Assembly (NCBI RefSeq): GCF_006345805.1 | Contig: NC_042997.1 | Span: 148,242,001 to 148,306,000 of the forward strand | Length of the DNA stretch: 64,000 nt | Direction: 5' to 3' | Source of the DNA: Octopus sinensis | Lineage: Eukaryota | In this document: positions 25,454 through 39,903 of the stretch, piece by piece | Layout of the letters: the number at the start of each line of letters is the position of its first letter | Numbering within the stretch: the first letter of the stretch is position 1 | Translations under genes and position numbers: made by a program | The notes under the pieces: model-generated | What the model saw: the letters and a program-made list of their open reading frames with translations, nothing else | Databases searched by the model: none | What the model was told of the DNA's origin: nothing

Positions 25454-26990
25454 CGATTTCTATCCATCTTCCTCTTCCTCCTTCCTTTTCTCCCTCCTAT
25501 CATTATATATATTCGTCCTTTTGATCCCCTATCCACATAATTTCGTCACCAGAGACGCATACACACTTTTAGCTTTCTCCTTTTTATTTCCTCCCGATAC
25601 TTTCCTAACAAAGATGAAAGTATATCAGAAAATGACACAGAAAGTAGGTGGTGACGTAAAGTTGTCGCCTCCACAGAAAGTCATGGAGAATATGGAGAAA
25701 AAACCCATTGTTTATAAAGTTTATTCAGTGGAACAGAAAAAGGTAGATCACGGAGAAGCCGAACCAATCAAGACGGCGTTATGCGCGGTATAAAAAAATG
25801 GTGTTTTTAACAAGAGGAAATAAATATGAAATGGTGGTGGCTCAGTTCAAGATGGAGGAAGTAGCGAGGAAGCTGGCTGTAAATACGGTGAAATCGGATA
25901 AAGTTGTCCTTCAACCCATGTATCTTGGAAGGAGGACATCCAGGATCAGGGTAGAGGGAATCCCGCCAGATATAGATGTGGTTTATGATGCAGCAGCTGT
26001 CCTCCTTGGAAGTGAGGAGACGGTGGCCGTTCTGGAAGCCACGGAAAGGGAAGAAGGGATGTAGAAAGGAAAACATTTGAAGTGATTATTCAGGCTGAGG
26101 CAGAATCCCTTGAAAATTTGGCGGAGACAGTGACTGTTTCAAACATAAGCTTCAGAGTGTCGGTGTAGGGCAGAATCCCTCGCTGTTTTAAATGTGGTCT
26201 GAAGGGCCACATAAGAGCAAAATGTCCTCCACCGATCAAAGAAGCAGAAAGACCGAAAGAGGAAGAACTCCAAGCAGAGACACAGGAGGAACGCTAGGAA
26301 GGACTAAAAGAAGATAGAATGATACCAGTAAAGGCAGAAAATGAAACGGCAGCAGAAGAGTGGGAAACCACCGAAAAAGGAAAAGAAGAAAGAGTAAGAA
26401 GATAAGCCCAATGCTTGCAGATCTCCTCCCTACAACTAACCAATGCCCACCCATACCCTCTTCGTCCCACCCTGCAGACACTAAACCTTCCCATTCCCCT
26501 CCAACACCAAGACAAAAAGAGAGCTTACACACAGGAATTCGCAAACTTCCCCTCTTATTGGTATGTGATGTTTGAAGACGTGGAAAAGGAACTGGTTCAA
26601 AGGGTTACTGGATGGGAAAATACAGTTTATGTTGATGTAGAGAAGGAAGAGAGTATTGAAGGAGAAAGTACAGTTCTGCTTACAACAGAACAACAAATGT
26701 TGGATATAAAGGGGCACGAAGGAGATTACGAGCTGTGGCAGGTGGACTATGACATGGAAAAACTGCAACGGTCAATAGAATACAAAGAACCAAAAATACA
26801 ATATGGACTGGAATGGAACACAGAGATAGAGTGAGTGATGTTACTTTGTGGGGAAAGTAACACCATTTTCATTTCTCATTTTCATTTTTCAATATATCAT
26901 ACGTTTTATTTTTTCCTTGGTTTTATGTCCCCAAATGTGATGTATTTTCCCTCTTTGTTTGCCCGTTATGAATAATATAAGTTCTTTCTA
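25454..26990 (+). mobile_element. Decayed retroelement ORF1/gag-like sequence with a CCHC zinc knuckle; no ORF2 visible
   Basis: Frameshifted reading ...RRTSRIRVEGIPPDID... / ...RIPRCFKCGLKGHIRAKCPPP (CX2CX4HX4C at 26184-26225), followed by a charged C-terminal region (26415-26834). 3' boundary approximate. Confidence 0.65.
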
Positions 26991-27968
26991 GGAGACAAAG
27001 TTGTTCAATTGATTTCTGGAAGCTATGATTGCCTGTTCAGTTTATGCAATTTGTGCTTTGTGTTAAGCATTTATGGATTTGTTTTGTGTTCCAGGAATTC
27101 GCCAGAACTTTTGTCAGATTTAAAATAATTTCTGTATCACATCTGGGTGAGTACGAAAGAAAAAAATCTCTTGTGTTATGTTATAATATTTATGTGAATT
27201 GTGAACCCTGCATTTGTGGCAGGTTGTGTAGTAAATTTGCTAGCTATTTTCTGTTAAGATAAATGTTAAAATTTGTATGAATAGCTAAAGGGTGAATGAA
27301 ATTAAATTTTTTCATGTAACAAATTTTTTGCGTTAGACAACTGTAAATTTTGCCAAATGGTTATTCAGCAGGCTTGTATGAAAGAGTTTTGAGTGAATTT
27401 AAAGCAAACTAGCTTTTTGTTTGAATATTTAATTTTTTAACTATAATTATTGATGTAGTCTGGCAGCCGTTTTGTGTCATGAACTCTTAGTTTAAATGGT
27501 TGCTTTGACCTTAGATTCATTTATATTTTAGTTCCAAGGTTCGAAATCCAACGTTGAACACCGAATTGGTGAAGACAGATTGTATGACATTCCAAGGTTG
27601 GAAACCTACTGTACGAAATCCGTGTTTCCAAAACTGAATTTGTACTAAAATGGAAATCCAGATTTTATGAAATCCAAATTTTGGGAAGGCATATTTTTTA
27701 AAAACCAAATTTGTAAGACCAGGTTTTGTGTGAGGCTAATTTTGGTGAAACAAAAAACCGGGAATCGGAGTCCGAATTCTGAACTGTATATATGTTACAT
27801 TTGTAAATATTTTGACTGCACATCTGAGGCAGCATTTGCTTTTTGTCCGTGTGTATATTTGTTTTGTATGTAAACTGCTTTTTATGCTGACTATTGTTAA
27901 TAATATTTGTTTGTGGTTCATCATATCCCCGTTGAATCTGTAAATTCGGGTTATGGCCACAAGATCGT

Positions 27969-28270
<302 letters not shown>

Positions 28271-28271
28271 A

Positions 28272-28470
28272 GATATGAAGGCAGGCGGTTCCATGTTTAG
28301 AGCGTCAGGCTCAAAATCATGAGCTAATGAACTCGATTCCCGCACCGGGATGTGTTTTGCTCTTGAGCAAGGCACATTATTTGACGTTGATCCAGTTCAG
28401 TCAGCTGCATCAACTTTTGCCTTTCCTTTGAATGGCGTGGAGAGGGGAGGCTGGTATGCATAGATAACTA
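28272..28470 (+). mobile_element. tRNA-derived SINE with MIR/CORE-like ttgagcaaggcac block (decayed)
   Basis: tRNA-like head ...tttagagcgtcaggctcaaaatcatgag...ctcgattcccgcaccgg, then ctcttgagcaaggcacattat; related to 59876-60143. Confidence 0.7.
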
Positions 28471-28512
28471 CTGGTCTTCCTTATTTATGTATGCGTATAT
28501 ATATATATATAT

Positions 28513-28630
28513 AGGCATTGCAGCGTGTCAATAACCTTGCTTCCCAAACAAACGGTTCCGGGTTCATGCTTGATACCTTAGCAAGTAGCTTCTACTATAG
28601 CCTCGGGTGAACGAAAGCCTTGTCAGTGCT
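28513..28630 (+). mobile_element. Degenerate SINE head fragment (18925 family)
   Basis: ggttccgggttca...ccttagcaagtagcttctactatagcctcggg. Confidence 0.6.
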
Positions 28631-31600
28631 GTTATTTGCTGTAATATGCATTTTGCTCTCTTGCATAAATGTTTGAATTCCTCAATCTGATTATTGGTTC
28701 ACATAATATATTTAGTTATATTTCATTAAATAGCTCGTGTGATGCCTCACGATATTTTAATTTCAGATAACTTGGCACTGAAGTCAATCGCTGTAAATAA
28801 CTCTTTTGCATTTTTTTATTTACCAGTCATGTATAATTCACATATCTGGAAATAAAATCCTGTAATTAATATTTCTTTGGTTATTTACAAATAAGTATGA
28901 AAAAACACTTGATGCAACATAAAAATATTTTCGGTTCTATTCCATCATTTATCCAACAAGTGTGTTCGTTTTGCAGACTTGCTTTATTCAACTTTATTTA
29001 AGAATTATACACATCAATGGCCGGAATTTAAATTTTGATATCCGATTACACTGAACTCAATAACAAGACGATAAACATCTATAAACCGTAACTAAATTTT
29101 AATAGCGAATTATTTGTTAATCTCCTGCAAATTACACCATTTAAAATTTAAATCAGCATTTGCTCATGTTACTTCCGTAGATAGATAAGATGACGCAATA
29201 TGGATTTTAAATAACTTCATCTTGTTAAGTAATTTGTTATCCATTTTACCCTCTCTTATCTTTCTAAGCAGCAAAGATGAAGTAATATTATAAATAAATT
29301 ACATTCAAATAAATGAAATAAATTTAAGGGTTTTCAACGATAATATATCTTTTCTTAGTGCTTATATTTTTCGTTTTCAGCAATCGCAAGCGGATCACAT
29401 GTCACAGAATTCCATGTCATAAAATACTGCACTGTTACAAAATTAGTAACACACGAAAATGTCATTATATAATATATAATGTTAACAATTTTCCAAATAC
29501 GATCAAATTTGAAATTGAAAATAGGCTCCAGATTATTTAGTTGTAATTTAATTTGTTGCATATGACCTTATTACTTCAGCACCTAAGTTTAAAAGTTCTT
29601 GTAAAATATTAAATTAGTAACTCCTTTAATAATTATATTTAACAGTAACAGCGTCGTAGTGGCAGCTGGAAGCGTATTTTGTAGGAATTGCTATTGTAAC
29701 GGTTAGAATGAAATTCCAGAACAATCGGATCAGGAAGACTGCATCAAAAATATTGGAAAAAGGAAATAAAATAGTATATTTAGAACATTTCCGCTGTATG
29801 GCATGAATATAAAATGATCAGTTTTTAATAAATTGTTGAAAGAATTTGAGAATGCAAGTGATTCTATCCTTAGCGATTCTATTATTTGCAAGGATAGCCA
29901 GAAGCTATTTCATGGCATATACTAAAGTTGAATCACTAGAAATTATCAGATTTTAAGAGCGGAAAATATGTTTAAATGTACTGGATTTTAGTCAGGAAAA
30001 TATTAAATTGTTATAAGCCTGGTGCCTACACATTTTGGGCAAATCTAATACATTTATTTCTTGAACAAGTAATGAATAATCGTATACTAGAGAAGTTTGT
30101 ACAATGAAAAAATATAACCTTTAAAATAAATGGCATTAAGGTAATATTTCAGACATTGCTAACCTTTCAAGTATTGGGAAAGTCATTTGAATATATTAGA
30201 TTTAGCAATCGACTAAATTCGTGAGTGGTTCTCATACCGCTTAAGGTATGATGTGCAGTCTGATTTAAAAAAAAGAAGATAATATCAGGATTTCCTTTTG
30301 AGTTGAATAAACAGACTATATTTGTTTTTGCATTGTACATGTGCATAGTATTTTAAGCTGGTAATATTCTTGTCATACGATAATTTCAGTTTCGTTTGTT
30401 TTACAACGGTAATCCGTATCACCTTACAATAGGTTTGCTCTCATGAAATTTCATTTCATGGTCTTTCATATTAGGAAGAAACGTTTGCATGCTAACTTTT
30501 CTTAATTTGTCAGAGATCCAATATCGTATTGACTGAACAACTAGAAGAGAAAACACTCATATTCATATTAAACATAAAATAGAATGAAATACGAAAACGC
30601 TTTATATATCTTTATATATCATACGTATTATTTTTATATTTCATCTCTGGATTGCTAATATGAATTTCAAGCAAAATTATGTATTCATTTAAAAGAAGCG
30701 AAAGAGATAAAATGAACAAAGAACACGCAATATAAATATTCAAAGGCACCATGGCATTAATTTTTTTACTGTTTCAGGTAAACTTACATGGCCTTGCAAT
30801 GTAATTAATCCAATAAACAATTGTAATGCACTGTTTTGATGATATCTATTTCAGCTCTTGCCAAAAAAAAAAAACTGTAAGCTTAGAAAATATTTAAATT
30901 CATCATCATTTGATCACTTGCAAGTAAGTCCATAGAGTATTGCTTAAAATATCAGATGATTCTGGTACATGAGTATCAAATAAATAATATATATGCGTGT
31001 ATGTATACGTGTAAATAAATATATATATATACATAAACACACGCATATAACTACATTTAACTCTTTTAATATATACATACATACATACACACGTGTATAA
31101 TTATCTGTTTCTTTTTGCTACGTAATTCATGAAGAACGTATGAAGAAGCAGCTTATACAGTGAGATTGTAAGCACCAGTTCCGATCAGTTGGTTGGTTAA
31201 TTATCATAGCTTTATTACTCCCTTTGGAAACCAGAGGTACAAAAAGGGGAAAAAAGAAAGCATTGACATTTCTTCTTCTGTGGGTAACAATCATGATGCC
31301 CGTGCATTGTTATGCAAACTGAAACGAGAAGGTAACAGTATTGCAAGCCATTATAAGATAATATACTTTAGATAATATACTTTAAGACAAATGCAGATAT
31401 TTAAAGAATACGATGCTGACTCTGGGATCTGCAGATAATCATTAAATATCAGATGGTAAGCTTGTGGAAACCAAGGATGCGTGTGCGAAAACCAGGGCTG
31501 GATCTCATACTTTTGCTTTTTTTTTATGAACGTCTCACTTTGATCTATAAAGAAAAATGTAAACATTTTAATCTTTGCCAGTGAATTGGATGATCTTAAT

Positions 31601-32033
31601 TGAAAGCCTGCAAAATGTTTCTTCTGCTACTCTGAGCTGCAACAACAAAAGACATTTATGGAGGAATATTTAGCAGTAAATATGTTTAGTTTATAAATTA
31701 CGCGTATAAGACTCGTCGTAATAATGCAATGACTTTACATTATTAGTACTGTCACTATTAAACCAATGATCTGAGATTATTGGTACTTTATGTCACTAGG
31801 GTCTATTACAGTTCAATAAATTGATAAAACATAAATATGTGATACAATTGTGGAGTGATTCGACCGAAAGTGTGGGTTGTGGATACACACTATATTTCAA
31901 GAATACTTAATTGTTTTCATAAGAATCTTATCATTAGTATAGCTTTATGTCCAATTGAATAATGGCCCGTGACTAAAACTATTTGATTAATGTTAACCAA
32001 ACATGAATCTACCAGCTTGCACCATATATATAT

Positions 32034-32082
<49 letters not shown>

Positions 32083-33608
32083 CCAATGTATTTGCAGAAA
32101 CATATTCATAATGCATTACAATCAGTAAATAGACGAATCTTCCGAAAAATGTTGTAAAGGGAATTGAATTGCAATGCCATCCAAATAGATGTTGAGAGAT
32201 GTGTGAAACAGCAACTATTGCTGTTGGTAATGTAATCTAAGGGAATCTTCTGTGATAATTTTGTTTATTTAAGGCTGTAGTCTTGTTCAGTGCATTTTAT
32301 TTTCAGTCCTGGGATTTCACTATTTACATGTGACTTAAACTTTGCTTTTAATTCATACAATCGTTATAAATGAAATAACTGAGTGAGTATAACAAACGCG
32401 TGTGCTAGAAGCAAACAAATAATACCGGCATTGATTTTAGAATATAACAGGAAAAATGAAATCATGTTAGGTCCGTGATACCCATTTAATATACAGATGT
32501 ATTGTTACATTCCTTTTGTATTATTTATTGACAGAACAGGGGGAATGTGTTAGTGATCAAGTTGGAGAGGAACTGTGCAACGAGATGTTTAAATGCTTTA
32601 TATAATTTAATACTATGTAAACTGAATATAGTTGTATAAGTGTTTTCTTAAATGCCTATCACGAATCATTTATAGAATAATTGTTTCACTTTCAGCACTG
32701 GATCGCAAGTCAACTCGCTTACCAAACAGCTACCAGAAAATGTTAGAAAAAAATAAATCAACAAAATAATAAGCCTGTGATCTTATGAAAAGGACAGCAA
32801 TGTCTGTTTTAATTGATTTATTGCTTAAGAAATCTTTCAGAGATTCATAATTACATTTTAATTTTTTGAATAATAGATTGAATTTTAACTAAATCGCAGG
32901 TGCCTTTCAGAGCACAAATCAAACATCTTGCTACTTTGTCTACAATGGTTCCGACCAGTAAAATGTCCTTGGTAATAGAAAGTACGTAGGATAATCATCT
33001 ATGTTGCATGACAAATACGAAGAAAGAGTTAATATATCATCATACTGCAGTACTGTGTATACATAACTTATACAAAATGAACACAATTATATTCAAATTA
33101 TATTATATTTCATTCTAGAATAACTTCATTATTCCCTGAAGTTTATATTGAAGAGACAATAAATAAATCGATAATGATTTGTTTTTCCATTAATAAAGGG
33201 AACAATGGCAAATTAATGCCAGATTGAAATTACATATTGTTTTCTGAAATATGTTGAGATATGAGAACACTAAGGAAATACACCATTAAATAGCAATATT
33301 GTATTATAGAATATATTCAGAAAGACTTAAAGGGTAGAAAATATTGGAAGAAAGGTACAAAAGAATGACGATAACTAAACAAAGAAAGTAAATGAATAGT
33401 AGTACTGGTGATATCAAGTGCTAGATTAATCTTCGGAATTTTCAGGTTTCACAAACTGTGAAAATAAATTTATACAGAGCGAAATATATGAAATCTGAAC
33501 CGTATACATATGACGTGAATCACCACCATAATCTACATGTGATTAAAGAACGGTACCATTTCATGAAATGCTAGTATTTCCACACATTTATTAACAAACA
33601 AATGCCGT

Positions 33609-33651
<43 letters not shown>

Positions 33652-33655
<4 letters not shown>

Positions 33656-33726
33656 GAAGGCAGGCGGTTCAGTATTTAGAGCATCAGGCACACAATCATG
33701 AGCTAATGATCTCGATTCCCGCACCG
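33652..33726 (+). mobile_element. SINE head fragment, truncated by the Gypsy end
   Basis: Near-identical to 28275-28350. Confidence 0.7.
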
Positions 33727-33729
33727 AGA

Positions 33730-36316
33730 ATATTGGTTCACCCGCGAGGGGAGACCTACAACAATATATAATAACAGTGTGTAACAATTTAACTCCGTTT
33801 AAAGAAACCAAAACCCCAAAATAGCGAGCCAACTCTCCCCCACACTCTCTGCGCATGTCATTTATATTTTGGTACAGTCCATTAGGAGCCAACCAATAGG
33901 GCTGTTCTACGTCTACACAACACCGCCCCCTTTTGAGATTGGCTTTCTCCTTTACTTTATTCTTTTATTTCTATCATAATCCTATCTCTCTTGGCATTAA
34001 TTTCCGTCATTTCTGTATGTTTTCTTTTCTTGTTCGACCTACGTGTCGGTTCTGCTTTCACTTGTAGTTCTGGAACCTCGGACAGGTCATAACATATATC
34101 CATAGGCTCATTTCACCTTTCTTGATTTTTGGTATATCTTTTCTTTAATTGGTTAAGATGCCTTTTATGTTCATATTTTGATTCTTATACCATGTACATC
34201 GCATTACCCACACGTCCAGTTCCTGTCCTTTTACCTTGTTCCCAGTCCTTTTCTTCCCGTTTTTATACAATTTAAATTATACTTCGTTACCTGTGCTAAA
34301 AATTAATTCTACTTCCTGAATTTTGTATTTTCCGTTTCCTACTCAGCAGTAATTTGTCAAACACAGAACGAATATTTCTGGAGAACATCAAATCTGCGGG
34401 TGACCTACCCGGCTCTGCATTTGGATTCGGTGTTATTCTGTACATCTGTAAGAACTTGCCATATTTCTATCTTCAAAGGCTTCCCTTCTTGTCTTTCTTA
34501 AACCTCTCTTGAATGTATGGACGGATCTTTCTGCTAATCCATCTGACCATGGATGATATGGCAGAGTTAACACATGCTTCATCTGGACTGACTTACAGAA
34601 TTTTTCGAACTCCTTCGCCGTGAATTGTGTGCCACTATCTGACACGATCGTATCTGGCACTCCATAACGAGCGAACAATTCTTACAATATGTCAATAATC
34701 ATATTTGTGGTTGGCCTTGAACATTTACACACTTCAGGCCATTTGAAATAGCTGTCCACCTCGATAATATAATAAGAGCCATTTATTGGTTCTGCAAAAT
34801 TGACATGCAGTGTAGACCATGCTGAATACGTTTTTGACTGCGGCTGTATATGCACTGGGAGCGCCTTTGCTGCAATAGCGCATCCCTTGTATTGTTTTAC
34901 CAGTCTCTTAATTTGTCCATATACGGCCATTACACTAAATCCCTCATGGGCTCTTCATCCGGTCTATCCCCAGATGTCCCACATGGAAGCCTTTCAATAT
35001 TCTGTTTTGCAGTGCTTCAGGTATTACCACCTACTGTGCATATAATAATACATCATCACATACTGAATAATGCCTTGAACCTGCCTCCGTTCATTACATT
35101 ATTTTTCGTATTACTTCCGAACAGTATTTTTTAAAATCTTGTTTATGAATATATCTTTTTTTCCGATTTTAATTTAATTTCTTCTAGCGTTCCCGGCAAA
35201 TAACATACTACATTGTACAAAATGTTCTTCAATTCCATTTCTAGTTTTAACGATGCAATCACCATGTCTTCAAAAGGTTCCTTATATTTTGGAATTAGCC
35301 TAGACAACTCGTCTGCGTGTCCCATTTTCTTTAAAGGCAAAAACTCCATCTGAAAATCATAGTTCAAAAGGGTAGTCCCTCAGAGCTGTATGGAGGCGCA
35401 ATGGCCCAGTGGTTAGGGCAGCAGACTCGCGGTCATAGGATCGTGGTTTCGATTCCCAGACTGGGCGTTGTGAGTGTTTATTGAGCGAAAACACCTAAAG
35501 AAGCTCCACGAGGCTCCGGCAGGGGATGGTGGTGATCCCTGCTGTACTCTTTCATCACAACTTTCTCTCACTCTTACTTCCTGTTTCTGTTGTACCTGTA
35601 TTTCAAGGGGCCGGCCTTGTCACTCTCTGTGTCACGCTGAATATCCCCGAGAACTACGTTAAGGGTGCACGTGTCTGTGGAGTGCTCAGCCACTTACACG
35701 TTAATTTCACGAGCAGGCTGTTCCGTTGATTCGGATCAACCGGAACCCTCATCGTCGTAACCGACGGAGTGCTTCCAAGGTACTCCCTCAGAGCTGTAAG
35801 CGGTATGCTAACTGCGTGGGGATACCCTTTCTTGAACCAAAAATAGACAGTAACGGTTGGTGATCAGTTTGCAGCGTATACTGCCTACCATGTAGGAATT
35901 CATGGAATTTCTTTACTGCGAAGATTAATGATAAACTCTTCTTTTCGATCTGGCTGTAATTTTTTTCTGCTACTGATACATGTGCAATAGATTTGATATT
36001 ACCACCTTTAAATCTATGCAATATCATAGATCCTATACCATATTCACAGGCATCCGATACCACAATTATTTTCGAAATGAGTTAATGATAACTCTGATGT
36101 TAACCACTTTTTAAATTCCTCGAATGCCTTCTGACATTCATTTGTCCAGTCCCATTTGGTGTCTTTCTTTAACAAATTATTCAACGGAGCTTTTAGCTCA
36201 TATATTTTACGTATGTACAGCTGGTAATAACTTACCAAACCTAAAAATGCATGTAATGTTATTTTGTTAGTTGGAGCAGGCATGTTTATATTCTGTGACA
36301 GTTCATTAGTAGCCAA
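33730..36316 (-). mobile_element. pol: Decayed Ty3/Gypsy LTR retrotransposon: RT C-terminus, RNase H, integrase, PPT and probable 3' LTR
   Basis: Minus-strand fragments: AFLGLVSYY..LKAPLNNLLKKDTKWDW (RT/connection); VSDACEYGIG..KNYSQIEK..VKKFH..TDHQPL (RNase H); KWPEV..FARYGVPDTIVSDSGTQF..PYHPWSDGLAERSV (integrase downstream of RNase H, Gypsy order). PPT caaaagggggcgg immediately precedes TGTTG at 33922. Confidence 0.88.
35391..35778 (+). mobile_element. Young full-length tRNA-derived SINE inserted in Gypsy pol, with a 15-20-bp TSD
   Basis: A box tggcccagtggttag, B box gtttcgattcc. TSD tccctcagagctgta at 35376-35390 and 35784-35798 (20 bp with one mismatch). 3' stem-loops gttccgttgat-tcgg-atcaaccggaac and cgtcg-taac-cgacg. 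Confidence 0.93.
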
Positions 36317-37611
36317 CTTCTACACAACAGTTATAAAGTACCACATCGCACATCTACAAAAACTAAAGATAAGTAATATAAATCACATCTTTGTTCAACT
36401 TCACGGACTAAGTAAATTTCATTCCTGATGAATTTCAAAAATTAGCGACCAGATAATTGATTAAAAGAATTCGTAACGCACGCATAAGAATGAATAAACG
36501 CTTGAACATAATTGATATGTGTTGTTTTCGACGATAAATGTACACTTACACGATTAACTGATTTGCATGATTTCAAATTGGACGTACAAGGTTTTGATGA
36601 TACTTCGAATACAACACCACACAGTGTAACATGTTTGGATCTTTGAATTTGGTATACAATGCAACCATCGGTCACCGTGCAACCAAATTTACTCACAAGG
36701 ACTGAATTGTCCAAAGGCAGTAGTATAAAACGCAATCTCACTTGTTCGTTCCTTTCCGTTACCACTCCTGTTAGCGGATCCATAATACCTACCCTTGCAC
36801 ATCGATGTTAAGGTACTACTTCACCTACACTGATTATATATATTTGTCAGTCTAGACGAAGATTGTTGGATCAAATCACCACAAAACTGGGGCATTCGTC
36901 TCAGTAATGACATCTACGTTGCATGCTTTTACACTTTGCACTTCTCTCCACCGGACGACATACCGTTCTATCTACACGTACACAGTGATTAGAAGTCTCA
37001 GGACTGCAAGTGGAAGAATAACTTATTTAAAATATTCAAACATTCACTTATCACGCATCGAGCCACTAGTCACTTTTATCTAAAACGCCTATCATCACAC
37101 CACACACGCATGGCATAATCAAATGCATCTAGATCATTTTCCCCAAGCAATCAAATATATATTCAAGAGAATACATCATTTGGATGTTTATACCGTTTTC
37201 AGCCAGGCTTATATACGCAGCATCACCATGCACAGAATAAAATACTCGTACGTATATTATTACCGCATGCTCATATAGACTCACATAACATGACATTCAT
37301 CCATGATCTTACATTGCATCTACGTTCATATTAGATACATACATACAATCATACATACAATACACATCCATAACTACAAATCTCAGACAAAGTAAGCCGC
37401 AACAAAGTGAAAACAATTTAAACACGCACCGCAATAAAATGCACGTGCGTATATATACAACATTAAATCTCCCACATTCTAATCACAGCTAACTCACACA
37501 TTCGCAGAAGCAAGCTATCCTTGCACACATTCATACGCACATTTACATGCAATCGTACATACACCCACACTCACACTTCAGAGTAACGCATCAATACGTT
37601 GTAATACTAAT

Positions 37612-38042
37612 ACTGTCCCTACGAAGCACACATGAACATTGAACACCCATACCTACTAGTCCTTTTAAACAATGTTCAGCGTTCGAACATGATCACTAGC
37701 CCATTTATATTATGTTCACCGTTCTCACATGGACACTAGTCCCTTTACGGCATGTTCACCGTTTGCACATGAACGCTAGTCCCTTTATAGTACGTTCACC
37801 GCTCACATAAGAACCCTATTCCCTTTATAGTAAGTACACTGTTTGAACATGAACACTAGTCCATTTATAGTATGTTCACCGTTCCCACATGACCACTAGT
37901 CCATTCATAGAATGTTCCATGTTCGCACATGAACATTAGTCCCTTTATACTATGTTCACTATTCGCACATGAACACTAGTCCCGAAGCACACATGAATAG
38001 CAATACCTACTAATTCCTTTATAGTATGTTCACCGTTCATAC
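37612..38042. repeat. 40-bp minisatellite (~10 diverged units; consensus acatgaacactagtccctttatagtatgttcaccgttcgc)
   Basis: acat anchors at 37687, 37727 and 37767 show the 40-bp period. Confidence 0.92.
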
Positions 38043-39404
38043 GTTGACAGAAACACAGAGGTATACTATAAAAGTACACGAACACTACACCAACATTCAT
38101 AAGCACAAGCACACATACTTTCAGAAAGATACACATATTACACGGACATAAAAATATAAAGAGGCCTATGTATATATAATTCATATCAGTTTCAGCCACC
38201 ATTACCTTTGTACGTATGAAACCTAATTCCTTCTGTCACTTCTTGACATTCGAGTCGCTCAGCAAATCAATGCGCATTTCCTTCTCGTGGAAATGTTAAA
38301 AGTTCTTCCACATTTTAAATCATACTTTGAGTAGCAAACAAATAATTTACAGTTTGATTTCTCTCTCTTTCATTCTCACATTTCTCTCCTTACACACGCA
38401 CTCACAAACACACACAGAGGCATACACACACATACCCCGACACGTACACACACACACACACACGCACACTCGCTTACATAGAGAGGCTGAGGGAAGAGAT
38501 TTGTGTATTACTATACTGTATACATCAACACGTGGATCTCTATTAGTTCACATGTTCCCCATTTCTCGAATCATTATTTCTTAAATAACATCCTACATTA
38601 CGTAAAATAGGTAAAGACGATTATTGGCTAACGTAGTTTGGGCTGCATTTTCTACGAAAAGAGACCTTGTGATCTTGGGAGGTAAGATTTTAATCCTATA
38701 TTGAATATACTTAGTTGAGGATGTAATAATTTGATCCTGTAGTTAATCATAACATTCAAGGTGTGATAATTCTGGTCAGTGTATTATTCCAGATCATATC
38801 TTCCGTTGTAGTCACTTTTATGGTAACAACATAGAGCTTGAATGCGATTTGGTTATTTATTTTAGAATGGCGAAGAGTTAAGTAAACGCTTCTATATTGG
38901 ATGGACTGCAGGATTAAATATGTATTTCCGATATGTGTGAAAATGCTACAGTATTTGGGAAGTGGTATTCAGCAAATTATTACACCCGTGTATTTATTCG
39001 ATTATGCGTTCATGTTTTATATTTTATGTATGAAAATATCTGTATATCGAAAGGGTTAATTTATTTGTATGATTCGGTGAGGTACAGCATCATCTTTCAT
39101 GGTGCTTATGTAGATACAAATCAATATTAATAGCTACAGTTGTGAAAAATGCATCGTGAATGAAACAGAATTTGTCTATAAGCCGAAATGATTGGTCGCG
39201 GCTGATCTTTAGACCGAAGTTGGGCTTCATCAAACAAAGTCAAGACAATCGCGTCTTATTTATAAATTGTTTCGAATTATCTACCTCGATATACCGCAAT
39301 GTGGCTTTTCCTAATATGACAGTGTTTAGGAGGATTACTAGCATGAAGAATGGTTTCATTCAAGATCTATCAGCCTCCTTTTATTCTACTCTGTAACAAC
39401 TATG

Positions 39405-39445
<41 letters not shown>

Positions 39446-39844
39446 GGTCTGTAATTCCTTCTTAATGGTCAAAGGCCTTGTCTCTTATAAATAAATGCTT
39501 ATTGGTCATTATTTAAGTCTAAAGTCCAGATACCAGACATTCCCACATAGCAAATGTTAGACTTACATAAACACAAATTAATCTACCTTGTAAATTGTAG
39601 TAACCAAGACAACGATCTCCCAGTAATGTAATATAACTGCTCTATGTGGCATGGCTGAAACTATAGCTACATTAAAGCCTGACAACTAGATTTATGAGGA
39701 TTTCTAAATAAGTTCCGAATTAATTTAGTACAATAATATCGAGTGAAAATGACAGATTCCAACGATAAATGTCACTATTCTGAAATGAAGGAAAATTTCG
39801 GTATTGACAAATTACGTATTAGAAAGATGCGCAGGTGCGTGCAG

Positions 39845-39903
<59 letters not shown>

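Noticed and set aside
27530-27790. Loosely periodic gaaatcc/gaaacc-rich segment, possibly a MITE subterminal repeat
   Set aside because: The period is irregular and I could not define TIRs or a TSD.
36442-36783. 113-aa ORF upstream of Gypsy pol as a possible gag or protease
   Set aside because: No D(T/S)G protease motif, zinc knuckle or RT motif; the link to the element is unsupported.
37612-38042. Short dyad-containing repeats resembling a CRISPR array
   Set aside because: Units are contiguous with no unique spacers, there are no cas genes, and the context is eukaryotic.
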